From Bispira polyomma (Eukaryota), in NCBI GenBank assembly GCA_965649765.1, contig OZ287749.1, positions 58,590,001-58,654,000 of the forward strand: a DNA stretch of 64,000 nucleotides. Direction: 5' to 3'. The notes beneath the pieces are model-generated. The model was not told the origin of the DNA and made no database searches. It saw nothing but the letters and a program-made list of their open reading frames with translations. Numbering within the stretch: the stretch's first letter is position 1; each line of letters begins with the position of its first letter. The translations under genes were made by a program, and so were the position numbers. Positions 40,226 to 52,904 of the stretch are shown piece after piece.

Positions 40226-42175
40226 ACTTACGGTATATTCTTCAATGAAGCTCAAACTCTGAACTCAAGTGAAGGCTACATGTAACTCCTGTATATGGGA
40301 GAACCTCTATTTTATGAACATCTTGGGAGAGTGAGAATTTGTTTGCATTTTAGTATGAAACATAGCAAAAAAAAGTTTAGCAGAGTGAAATTGAGTCCGT
40401 AATATCAAATATTTGGATAACAGAGGGTCAGATAATAGAGGTTCTGCTGTACTTGTGACTATTTATTTAAACAGAGCTTTCAGTGCTGAATTCCTATATG
40501 CATTCAGTGAGATTTTATGTGTCTTCCATCTCACCAGAGATATGGGGAATGTTAGAGTTGAGCTTGACCTTTTTGGAGCATACATTCCTTTAAGTCTTAA
40601 TATCTCTATAAGCAATAGTCAGTATGTTAATGTTGCACTGTTTTCCATTTTATCAGTGTTTTATATCTATCTATACCAATTAGCATTACTTTGCAGCTTC
40701 ATTTTATAACAAGGAACCCATTTTTTAAAGTTAGTAACAAGGGTTAACATTATATTAGGAATACTTCATGTTAATTGATAATGTAATTGATTTTAGTTTT
40801 CTGACTGGTTCAAAAAAAAAATGCTAGTCATACTACAAGTCATGCTATTATTAGGTGATTCTTGTCCTACATTCCTTGTAAATAATAGGTCCATCAAAAA
40901 AGGGTGAAAACAATGTTAAATAGCATGGAAAGTAAATATTTACCACATGTAAACTTTCTGATGAAATCAGAACAACCAATAGCTTGAAACCAATGGGCAA
41001 ATGACAGTGGTGTTTACTGAATAGTAACATGATCAAATAAGAACAACTCTCTCTCTGTCCCCTGCAGTGTCCATTACAGACTACATCCAATATTTGGCAT
41101 TGAAACAAGGAAGTGCAGTAAATGCCCTTCCTTCTGTGATTTTACCTACAACAAGGAAGGGGTCCTTGACAGACCTGTTTATGAACAAATAAAACTGTGT
41201 ATAGTTAATCAATGGTCATGATGTTTCCTAAGATACACATTGGACTGTAGTTCACTGTAAACAAATCATTTTCCTATGGCACTTAAATTGCTTGTAACAG
41301 AGCTAGATACCAGATAGTGTGTATATAGTTATTGTTTAGTGATGGCATATTTGTGTAACTGGGTAACAACACAGACTCCAGCCCTGTAATAAAGAATATC
41401 TTAGACTAGTGGAAAATACACTCGCTTAGGAACACAGAGGACCTGGGTTTAATCCCAGCCTGATGGAAAACCAGATACAGGCAGATAAATAGTGGCTCGG
41501 ATGAAAACGTAAAATGGCTGGCCTCTGTCATTGGGTCCTATCCCCAGTGTGGCAGGCTGAGTAATATATAGTTTGGGGACATTGATAAATGGTCATCCTT
41601 AAGCCCCTAGCTCTCTTCAGTTAGGAAAATGCCAGTTACTGATGCTGGTTGGCTGTATTTGGGCAGTCAGGAACAGGTTAATTAGAGTTTTGCATGGTAG
41701 ATAAAGATAGATAAATGCATTATTTATTTGAATACAAAATTGTAACAAACTTGATTCTAGCATGCACCATTCTTGACATTCTAAGATAGTGATATATTAT
41801 AAATATATACTGTGTATGTGTAAATCTTTCTATTCTATTCAACCTTGTGGGCACTAAACCTCCCACACATTTTGGAACTCAAAGTGCTGACAGTGCTTAT
41901 TATCAGTATTGCAGTTAATATGAGCTTAGTTGGTAAACTTTAATTAACATTTAAAAATACATATTTTCTAATAATTACATACAGTAGGACCTCTATTATC
42001 TGAACATGTTGGGAGAACAAGACTTAGTTGGGTAACAGAAGGTTTATAAATTAAAAAGAAGAGCTTTTCAGTATAGACGAACAGGATAGAGTGTAAGATT
42101 TGAAGAGTGAACATGTGTTCAGAAAATAAATATTGGTATAATTAGAGGGTATATTCTACATTTTGTTTTTTTCAG

Positions 42176-42431
42176 GGCGCTGTGAGAATGACAGATTATT
42201 CCGGAAAGACAGCATTACATTACTGTGTTGAAAACAGCAATCCAGAGATTGCAAAAATGGTTATCGCCAAAGACCTTTCTCTGTTGGACCGTAAAGACAA
42301 TGAAGGCTATTCTCCCCTACACCTCAGTGTGATAGCCAACAATAAAAAGATGATCGATAGTTTAATAGAGGAGGGTGCTGATGTGGGTATTCTGGACAAC
42401 GAAGGACACAATACAATACACTGGGCTACTG
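42176..42431 (+). CDS. Ankyrin-repeat gene exon 5
   Basis: ttcag|GAVRMTDYSGKTALHYC...DNEGYSPLHLS...DNEGHNTIHWAT|gtgagt, phase 0/1. Confidence 0.92.
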
Positions 42432-42459
42432 GTGAGTGATAATATAAGAAGTTATGGTT

Positions 42460-43385
42460 TCAAGCTGACTGGCTTCGATTGAATCTTGGATGAGTAATTC
42501 AAAATTGAAACTCAACCCTGACAAAACTGAATTCCTACTTTCTGGTTCCAAATATTAGAGGGAAAAGGTCCTTCACTTCTTTCCTACTACTCTCCTTCAT
42601 AATAGCACTGTTCCTGCTGACAGTGCAAAAACCTAGAAGTTACTTTTGAATCTGACTTCTCTTTAAAAAAACATGTCTCAAATATCTGTCGTTCCTGCTA
42701 CTGCAACATTCGTGACATTCGTAGGATTCGACAGCATTTAACTTTAGATAATGCCATTGCAGTGGCAAATGCCCTAGTATCAAGTCGACTAGATTACTGC
42801 AACTCACTACTATATGGAATTAGACAGGGCCAAATAAACAAGCTACAGAAAATTCAAAATAACCTGTGCAGAATAGTAAGCCATGCTGGTCCTCGCACTT
42901 ACACAACTCCCCTGCTTAAACAATTACATGGCTACCTCTTCAGTTCTGTATTAAATTTAAGGTAATTGTCCTCATTTTTAAGACAGTCCATGTACATCAA
43001 CCTGCCTACTTATCATCCATGCTATCTCTCAGCAATCTCACCAGAGGTAATTATCTCTTGACCTTCAGTTTCCTACCCAAAAAATCAGCTGGTTTAAAAT
43101 CATTCTTTGTTGCAGCACCTGCTGAGTGGAAAAGCCTACCTACAAGTCTTTGGACTGAGACAAGCATCATAGGTTTCAGAAAAAAGCTCAAAACACATCT
43201 GTATCAGCCACTTTCCTACCCTAGCTTTCATCTGCTGGTCACGACTGAACTCTGATCACAAAACCTTTTTCTGTCTACCAGACTATCCATTTGCACACTT
43301 ATTAGGATATGCGCCACAGAGGATGCCTGGTCAGCGATTGTGGCACTATAGAAGTAACAACATTAACATAACATAACTTAACATA
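42460..43385 (+). mobile_element. Older L2-like LINE fragment (family B): RT C-terminus plus 3' UTR
   Basis: KLKLNPDKTEF, ANALVSSRLDYCNSLLYG and FRKKLKTHLY motifs, with stops and frameshifts. (TAACA)n-like tail. Confidence 0.85.
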
Positions 43386-45409
43386 GTGGTCACCTGGTAT
43401 AGATACCCTTCAGAAAACAGTGAACAAATTAATACACTGGGCCAATGGTGAGTGAAAATAAGAGAACTGATGGTGGTCACCTATTAGAAACCTCTTAGGT
43501 GACAGAAAACAATGTAATAGACTAAGCCAACGCATGGTTCGAGTGATAATAAGAGAACTTATGGTGGTCACCTGTTAGATACCCTTCAGGAAACAGTAGT
43601 TTCTCATATGATTCCCCCAAGTTGTGGAAGAACCTTCCTAAAAATATACATACAGACTCAGCCTGCACCCTAACTGGTGTGGACGACCACTTAAAATGTT
43701 GGTCATCTGTCATTACTTCCTATCCCCTCTGGTCAGGCCTAAAGAAAGTTGAGGATATTGGTAAATGGTCATTGTCAAATCTGTTTTCAGTTAGGGAATA
43801 TAGACAGTTACTGGTTAGTTTTTACTTGTTCAGTCAAAGAAAGGTTTATTAGTGCTTTGAATACAAGACAAAAATAGGAAAATGCACTCAGTATAAGTTC
43901 ACATATGAATACAAATTCTGTATTTAATTAATGATTTGAACTTTGTGACAATGGTTGGAATGTTCCAAACACTTACATCTCAAGACACCAGAAAAAAACA
44001 ACAAAGATAAGTGACAAATAAGATCTTTCAGACACAATGCAATAGCTTCTATCAAAAAAAAATATCCTAATACTCTATGTCCAGGAAGTATGGCCAAGTC
44101 AATATGGTCGCACTCATACTCTTGTGCAAGATCAAATGTTTGTTATTCCTTCAACTTGGTTCTCCTTTACAGTAATACGACCTGCATATCTAGTAATTTA
44201 GCTGAGACAAAATGTTGAGGTAATTTCACAAGGCAAAAGGTCACATTCAGGTTATCTACCCGTTTCCATAGTTCAGACCTGCTCCTGTTGTGATTATTAT
44301 TGAAATAAAGTTTGTGAGCATGTTCTTTTTGTGGTAAATGAAGCACAAACAATGAACAGGGGCTGATAAGCTGTCCTTTAATCACCAAATAAAAGATGTG
44401 TATGTGCTCTACTAAGTTCTTTTCTAATTTATAGATGAGATTTTTTAACCTTAAAGTTGTTGTGTAATAAATGCATATACATGTAATATCAGAAAAAACA
44501 CAAAGCAATAATTATAGTTCATGTTGGATCTATGTTTGTTCAATAGGTTGGCTTAAATCATCCAGATCTAAGCTGTTTCTGCATGATTAGTTGCATAGGT
44601 TTTATGTTCGTGTATACAATTTGTCACGGTCAATAGGATTATCTGGCTGGGAGCTTTTCTATAAACTTTGTTAAATCTCTATTTTAGTAATCGGTGTTTA
44701 CTTGTAATATTAACCATGTTTATAAAAACAAACCTAACATACAGGTAATACATGTCTGGGAATATTAAAAACTCTTTTACAATTAAGTATAAACGGATGG
44801 TTGCATTAATTCCTGTATATTATTATACACACTACATTACATATAAAGACTTTATTAGTAAAAACAATTGGAGTTTTGTTTTAAATTAGCTATTGTCATC
44901 AACTTGCTAAGCTATATGGCCAGAGGTTTATTAAAAATTTTAACAAGCACCAAATTTGGACAATACCTTTTTTTAATCACTCACAGACTGAAATAAGACT
45001 GATGTATATTTTCCCTTTTAGATTATCAGAATTTTATCTAATTACTAACTTTGACATTTCAATCAAACCCCTTTAAGTAGCTCTCTGATAAATGGAATTA
45101 CCTGTTAAGTAGAAGTTAGTTTAAAGTCTCATTGCTACATTTGTAATGATACCTAACACTGTTAGGCAGAATTCCGAGTAGAACAATTTTTTTTGGTCCC
45201 TTCAGATTCAACTTAACAGGATTCCACTGTATATACAGTCAAACTCCTTTATGTAGAGCTCTGCAAAGTCAATATTTCTTTTATTTTATTTTTTAAAATC
45301 TACCTTATTGACTGGAAATCATAGTAACATAGAAATATTTCTGGTGATCCCTTGAGGTTCAACAAAAAGGGTTTAACTGTATATATATATACATGTATGT
45401 GTATTTCAG

Positions 45410-45646
45410 TTTGTGGACATGTAGAGTTGATAGACTATCTCCAAGATCGGGGAGCTAAACTGAACCGCCCTGATGCCCACAATGCCTTTGCCCTTCACTA
45501 TGCCGCTCAGATGTGTGGGGTCAAGGCCGGGGACACCGACCCCAGGGTTGGAAGGAAGATGTTGTCCAAACTACTGCAGAAAGATATAGATGTGGACTGT
45601 CGGGATCAGGACAAGAGGACGCCATTGATCTGGGCAGCTAGCTCAG
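45410..45646 (+). CDS. Ankyrin-repeat gene exon 6
   Basis: ttcag|VCGHVELIDYL...ALHYAAQMCG...DQDKRTPLIWAASS|gtaaat, phase 1/1. Confidence 0.92.
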
Positions 45647-46775
45647 GTAAATGACAGGTGTGAGTGGTAATAATGTCAGGTACATACAGGTGTGACCAGT
45701 AATAATGCAAGGACGCCATTGATCTGGGCAGCTAGCTCATGTAAATTATTAGATGTGAGTGGTAATAATATCAGGTACATACAGGTATGACCAGTAATAA
45801 TGTAAGGACGCCATTGATTGGCCAGCTAGCTCAGGTAAATGATAGGTGTAAGTGGTAATAATGTCAGGTACATACAGGTGTGACCAGTAATAATATAAGG
45901 ACGCCATTTATCTGGGCAGCTAGCTTAGGTAAATGATAGGTGTAAGTGGTAATAATGTCAGGTACATACAGGTGTGACCAGTAATAATGTAAGGACGTCA
46001 TTGATCTGGCCAGCTAGCTTAGGTAAATTATAGGTGTAACTTGTAATAATGTCAGGTAAATGGTAGGTGTGAGTGGTAATAATGTCAGGTAAATGGTAGG
46101 TGTGAGTGGTAATAATATCAGGTAAATTTTAGGTGTGACTGGTAATAATGTCAGGTAAATAGTAGGTGTGTGTGGTAATAATGTCAGATAAATACTGGTG
46201 TGAATAGTAATAATGTAAGGACACTATCGATCTGGGCAACTAGCTCAGAAAAGTCATAACTGTGCTTAGTAATAATGTAAGGTAAATAAAGGTGTAGATA
46301 GTCATAATGTAAGGATTCGTATGAGTAGTGAGAATATAAGGTCAATGATAGATATGAGAAGTGAGAATACAAGGCAAATTATAGATGTTTGAAGTAATAA
46401 TGTCAGGTTTAAATACAGGTGTAAATTGCGATGATGTCAGATAAATAGGTGTTGATAGTTGTAATGTCAGGTAAATACAGGTGTGAGTAGTAAAAAGTCA
46501 GTAAATAGAGGTGCGATTATTAACAATGTCAGGTAATTACGGGTGTGAGCACTAATAATGTCAGGTAAATACAGCTGTGACTAGTAATAATATCAGGTAA
46601 ATACAGGTGTGATTTATAAAAGTGTCAGGTAAACACAGGTATGAGTAGTATTAATATCAGGTAAATAAAGGTGTGATTAGTGGGTCAGGCAAATAGATAG
46701 TAATAATGTCAAGTACATACAGGTCTAAGGTAAAAAGAATTGTGATTAATAATAGTGTCGGGTAAATACAGGTAT
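45613..46775 (+). repeat. Tandem array (~94-bp unit containing a ~31-bp subunit) derived from the exon 6 3' end and donor site
   Basis: aggacgccattgatctgggcagctagctcag-gtaaat recurs at ~45616, 45710, 45804, 45898, 45991 and 46217. The tcaggtaaatacaggtgtgagtagtaataatg subunits decay distally. Confidence 0.9.
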
Positions 46776-46917
46776 TGATAGAAATAGGATCACCTATAAC
46801 ACAAATGTGGCTATTATTAGTGAGATGAAATTAGGGGCATTAGATGCTGGAACAGTCATTAAAACCATACAGACAGATATGTACAGCTCAAATATATATG
46901 TTTTGATGTGTGTTTAG

Positions 46918-46992
46918 GGAGCAAAGATGCTATGGAGGCTTTGATTGGTGTTGGTGCTAATTCACAGTCAGCAGATAAAGATGGACTCACAG
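46918..46992 (+). CDS. Ankyrin-repeat gene exon 7
   Basis: tttag|GSKDAMEALIGVGANSQSADKDGLT|gtataa, phase 1/1. Confidence 0.88.
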
Positions 46993-48459
46993 GTATAAAC
47001 AAGCCAGATACTAATAATCATTGATTGGGAAAATGACTGTAATTAACCTTGCCCTTTGGGAGAGGTTATTGTTTTTGGTCTGTGTGTAGGTGTGTGTATG
47101 AAATGCATTAAAATTTACAGATATGTTTTACAATGGGGACCTCTACATTTGTGCCACATTTCATATAAATCAGTTATGAACTGTAGCTTTAAGCCGAGAT
47201 TTCCTTTTTTTATACACAAAAATACTACTGAAGATTTCTTCACTTGCGCGCCATATATAAGAACCAAAGACAGCGTTCGGCAAACCAAAGCTACACCGAC
47301 TTTGAGATCAGGGATCATTTGCATGATATAGAAAACGAAGACAGCGTTCAGCAAACCAAGGATACACCGACTCTGAGATCAGGATCATAAGTATGATGTC
47401 ATATACCATCATCATAAGTATGACATCATATGACGTCATCAACACGTCATCAACACAACACAAAAATGGCGATAAGTGAATATTTCTAAAAATTAAATAG
47501 AAATGGGGTATATATTCAACATAATAACCCTAATTTCATATTTGAAAGTAAAGTACACATTGTGAGTATATCAGCCAGAAACGGCTCATTTTATTGCATG
47601 TGAGGTGTACCTTACTTTAAAATAGGAAGTCAGGGTTATTATGTTGAATATATACACCCGCGGTGGCCGAGTTGAACGATAAATGAAAGAAAAACTGCTA
47701 AAACTAACCATTTATTTCCGTAATACTATACTTTTTGGTATCGTTTTGAAGAGGACAGTCTTATCCATAAAATGCAGACCTTTTTAAAATATATTTACAA
47801 CCCGTAGTAATCTATGATGATAAATAAAGAAACTGTCCCCAAAATTTTCGTTTTTGGAGTTGAATGACTGGCAAACGGCCATTACTTGTTTTGGTTGGTT
47901 CGCGCTAAATCCCATAGGGGATTCGCGCTAAATCCTGTAGTGGATTCACGCTAATTCCCGAAAAATTAGGAATACAGTAAAATGTACATTACACATACAG
48001 AACATATTTTATTTCATAATAACAAAACAAAATCAGAAATACAGTAAAATGTAAAAAAAAGAGAATTTAACTTTTATTTCAAAATGTTATATATAGTCAA
48101 TATTGAATATATTTTCAGTTTTAAAAAAATATTTCAAACTAGGACATATTGTCTTTAATATCATATGTGTGTTATATTTGTAGGTTATATAGTTTCTGAG
48201 CTAGAAATATCATGCAAATCAATTGCCTTCCTCACAATATTGTGAATTTTTCAAATTTCTCAGGTAGCGACTCTTTGAACTAATCTTTCTCGGCTATTAT
48301 ATAAAATATTTTTATTCTGTAAAAAGTCCCAGAAAGCCTATTCATCTAGCTTTAAGAATATGTAATTTGAATAATATGAAGACATATACTCACTGATATA
48401 TGAGCATTTAATCAATAACCTCCACTCTGAAATCTGCCATTTTTAACAATTTTGGATAT

Positions 48460-50548
48460 AATCTAATCTAATCTAGTCGTACTTTTATAGCGCTTAATCT
48501 TTGTACAACAAATTCTAAGGCGCAACAAACCCAAAACGTTAATCGAAAATCAAAAATAGTGGGCGGATGGAAGTCGTAACCAGGGAGACTACCGTAACTG
48601 GTTGCGATGGCTAAGGTGGAAAAGCCTGTTCAAAAAAATAGGCCTTCAGCTTACTCCTGAAAGAGGAGAAAGTTTGAGCCAGGCGAATATGATCAGGTAG
48701 GCTGTTCCAAATGAGGGGCCATCATGAGCTAGGCAGTGATTGAACTGAACTTTGGATTTGTGGATGCGAGGGTCGAAAGTGGGAATGTTAAGGTATAATT
48801 TATCAGGGTTACTGCGCCTTGTCCTGACTGAGCATGTATATTTGGATAGATGGGGGCTAAAATAAGTGGGTAATCCAGAATTTAGAAATTTATATATTAT
48901 TGTTGCTGTTTTGAAGGCAACACGATATTTTATTGGGAGCCAGTGCAGTGACTTGAGTACAGGAGTAATGTGGGAAAATTTAGAAGTTTTGGTCACAATA
49001 CGTGCCAATGAGTGTTGGATATTCTGAAGGCGTCTGAGATCACTACGAGATAAGGAACGGAACAGAGAGTTGCAGTAATCAAGCCTGCTGCTGACCAAAG
49101 CATTGGCAACAGTGATTGCAGTGGATTTGGAAAGATAGCGTCGAATCCACCTGAAATCACGGAGGCCAACAAAACATGATCTACACACCGATGCGACATG
49201 GTTAGAGAAGGAGAATTCAGAGTCGAACACCACATCCAGGTTTCGTACTTTGTCAGCTGGAAAAAACCTGCCGCCAAGAATGTCAAGTGGAAAACAGCTG
49301 GACAATTTTTCCCGTTGCGACTTGGAGCCAAACAAAATAAACTCAGTCTTCTCAGGGTTCAGCTTGAGTTTATTTGCTGCCATCCAGTGTTGTACATCAA
49401 CAAGGCAGTTCTGTAAGGAAGTGAAAGCTGCCTGGGCAGAGTCAGGTGTAAGGGGATGTACAGTTGGGTATCATCAGCATAGAAGTGAAAGTTTATGTTT
49501 TTGTATGCAGCAATAATCTTGCTGAGTGGAATGGTGTACATGGAAAACAAAATGGGACCCAGGACGGAACCTTGGGAAACATCAAATTTTAACCATGTTG
49601 GGTCGGATAAGATATTGCCAATTTTGACTGATTGGAATCTATCAGACAAATATGCTGTGAACCACTTAAGTGCCATACCGCTGATACCGAACCAAGACGA
49701 TAGGCACTCAAGAAGAACTTTGTGGTCAATAGTATCAAAGGCTGCTGACAGATCCAGCAGTACTAAGGCAGTAGGCATACCTTTGGATAAAGATGTATGA
49801 ACATCATATTTGATGCAGAGAAGTGCAGTCTCAGTAGAATGACCACTTTTGTACGCTGACTGATACTTATTGGACAGATTGCTGACGTCAACATGTTGTT
49901 TGATCTGTAAGGCAACCGCACGTTCTACCAAGTTAGAGATATAGCAAAGGTAATACAGGACGGTAATTTTTCAAGTCAGCCTTTGGAAGAGAAGGTTTTT
50001 TTACTAAAGGAGTGACAATAGCCTTTTTAAAATCATCTGGAAAGACGCCATTTATCAACAAGAGGTTGATAAGTTTTGTGATTGAGGGCAATAAAATGTC
50101 AATACATTCTTTGACAAGGAATGTGGGCCACGGATCTAGCAAGCAAGATTTTACGGGTGATGCCAGTATAATTTTCCTGACTTCATCAACAGTTACTGTG
50201 GAGAACCAGTTGAAGACGGTTGGTGGAGCTGTTGGTAAAGGGGCATTTGGGGCAGCTAATGTAAAACCGTCACGGATTCTGGTAATTTTATCAGTGAAAA
50301 AAGTACTAAAAATGTTTGCCAGTAATTTGCTATTGGAATTTTTGGGTAGTATAGTCTGTTTTTTACGGTGGAGGGTGCTATTTAGTTTTTGCCAAAGTTT
50401 CTTCGGGTCACCCTCGCTTTGTGATATCATGTCGGCATAGTAGGCACGTTTTGAGTCATTTATAGTGTTGTTGCACCGGGTGATCCATTGGCGTAGTCTA
50501 AATCTATTTGTAGTAGTTTTGTTTCGGCGCCATGTTCGTTCAGCTTGT
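48460..50548 (-). mobile_element. Second, more 5'-truncated copy of LINE family A, in ankyrin intron 7
   Basis: Near-identical to 5305-7389, including the 3' UTR and (TTAGA)n tail. The RT is broken by frameshifts (ORFs 49933-50559, 49359-49931 and 48646-49383). Confidence 0.93.
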
Positions 50549-50708
50549 ATACACTCCAACTTTAATAAATAATATCTTCATAATGATTTTAGTGAATTAA
50601 AATTTGTAATTTTCATCACAAAGTACATAATAAGAGCTTTCTGGTAATGCAAAAACGAAAATTTTAGGTCAAGTATTTATATAGAGACAGCCATTTAAGC
50701 AATTAACT

Positions 50709-50915
50709 GGAGCCGCGGTGGCCTAGTGGTTAGCAAGTATTGCGCTTCACAATCACTGGTCTCTCACCTCTGGGCGGCGTGAGTTTGAATCCTGTCGATG
50801 CCTGTCTGGGAAAGGTGGTAGTTCCTTACTGCAGAACCTTGATCAACTGTTTCCTCCAGTGTTTCCAACTACACGTCCCAATTTTACCTGAACAGGTACT
50901 AGAGTGGAAGTTAAG
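50709..50915 (+). mobile_element. tRNA-derived SINE
   Basis: GGAGCCGCGGTGGCCTAGTGG (A box) ... GAGTTTGAATCC (B box), followed by a non-tRNA body. Confidence 0.65.
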
Positions 50916-50959
50916 GATCCTTTTGGCCTGCCTCTCTTCCTACATTTTAGGGCAAAGGA

Positions 50960-51245
50960 GACATCTGGCAACATATCTGAAAACGAAGGGGTATTTTCTG
51001 GGATGGTCACCTGTGGCTGGACATTATCTGCAACAAGAAGGGTATTTTCTTGGGAGGGTCTATTGTGGTTGGACAACATCTGCAGCAAGAGGGGTATTTT
51101 CCTTGAGGGTCTCATGTGGCTGGACAACATCTGAAACAAGAGGGGTATTTTCCTGGAGGGTCCATTGTGGCAGGACAACATCTGCAAAAAGAGGGGTATT
51201 TTCCTGGAGGGTTTCATCTAGCTGGATAAACTTCTGAAACAGAAG
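50960..51245 (+). repeat. 51-bp minisatellite, ~5.5 copies
   Basis: Unit gaggggtattttcctggagggtctcatgtggctggacaacatctgaaacaa. Confidence 0.88.
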
Positions 51246-52661
51246 GTGTATGGTCTGACTCCAGCTAGGTCATCTCAAGGATTTGAACTCCCTTGTCATT
51301 TCTCCACATATTAGTGAGTTCAGAAAATGCCCTACACCTGGTTATGTTTATGTATGTTTGTCAAAACTATGATCTTAAACATGAAAGTATAATTTGATCT
51401 TTGAATCCCATAAAACAGAAAGAAATGCAATTATCTTTAAAACTATAGATTGTATCCAATTATAAGGGTATACCCTGCATTAGCATTTATAATAGCCTAA
51501 TTGGATTGCTTTTTTATGATAAGGTAACTAATGTTGAACACATAATGAAGATGACAAGTTAGGCTTAAACATATAAGGGACAATATAGATGTATCAATAG
51601 ACAAAACTTGTGTCCACCAAGTTTAAGGTTGAGACTAAAGGTTGATAGAGGTAAAGGGAATTTACAAGATGAAGGGATTTGAAATGATAATAAAAGACGG
51701 TTTTATTTAGTTAAATAGCTGTATCTATATAAATACTTGACCTAAAATTTTCGTTTTCATATCACCAGGAAGCTGTTATGATGTACTTTGTGATACAAAT
51801 TTAAATTCAATTAAATCATTATACCCGATCTGACATCAGCTTTCGCGTACCACTAAATCAGGCTATAATGCCTTATCACACCTGCACCTGCAGGAATTTC
51901 TACAGACTCACTTGAGTCTTGCTTTATCCCAACTGGATCACCAGGAACCTTCAGGACATCTCCGAGTGCTAAAAGAGATTCACTACTGAATCAACAGATG
52001 CATTTCTAGGATATCTCCAAGTGCCAAACAGGTTCACTGCTGAATCTCTGACACCTGTAGGATGTCTCCCAGTATTAAACAGATTCACTGCTGAATCTTA
52101 CACACAATCAGAAGGTGTAAGACCTCAACCACTTCGGTATGGACACTGATTAGGCAATCTTCCAAGGGCTTATTATGTAAACTTAAATATGTGAACTAGA
52201 TGAGACAGCAGATAAGCAAGCAAGACAAGTAAACTGTTAACATTTATTGACAGTGCAAATAATAATATTATTAAATTACAAGAGAATAAAGGATGCACAA
52301 ACTACAGCTAGTTAAAAATCCATTTTTACATCATACTAATTAATTCCCATCACCAGTTAGTTGGGACTGCTTTAGGCCGCTACTGTACTGGATAATTGAT
52401 AGTTGTCTTTTTAGAAGTATATGTATGTTGGTCAAAAATATGATCTTAAACATGACAGGATAATTCAATCTTGCATAGCTACTGATTGTAATAAATATAA
52501 ATTGATCAAAAGTTTAATTTTTAGTTTCATTGCTACAATAGATTGCTGCACCTAATTGTGCACTGAGACAGATATTTAAATGCCAACAAGAGGAGAATAT
52601 ATTGGTGGCTAATTTAGAATTGTGGTACTAATCTTAGATTCGTTCCTTTAAATCTGTTTCA

Positions 52662-52872
52662 GGTCCACAGTGGCCTATTGGTTATAAGCACCTGCTTTAA
52701 AATCACTGCCCTCTTACCTCGAATCCCACAGATTTGTTCTTTATGTGAGAAAGTTTGTCAGGTACTTGCCGTAGGTTGGTGGTTCACAGTGCTTCAACGC
52801 TGGTTCCCCTACCACTAATCCTGGCCATCACAATATGACCAAAGCTGTTGAAAGCGACATAAACCTATAAAA
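52662..52872 (+). mobile_element. tRNA-derived SINE
   Basis: GTGGCCTATTGG ... TCGAATCCC head. The 3' part (tatgacc..agctgttgaaagcgac.taaa) is shared with the fragment at 26738-26840. Confidence 0.6.
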
Positions 52873-52904
52873 ATTCTAAATCTGTGTTGTTGTTTTTATC
52901 TCAG

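Noticed and set aside
45613-46775. CRISPR-like repeat-spacer appearance
   Set aside because: The spacers are themselves repeated, the unit derives from the adjacent exon, the context is eukaryotic, and there are no cas genes.
50709-50800. Functional tRNA gene (also the heads at ~1782-1850, ~17350-17425, ~41400-41460 and ~52662)
   Set aside because: A/B boxes are present but no complete cloverleaf forms, and they run into SINE bodies.
50740-51237. ORFs of 165, 124 and 76 aa with 17-aa repeats
   Set aside because: These come from the 51-bp minisatellite and SINE, which stay open in several frames on both strands. There is no splice or domain support.
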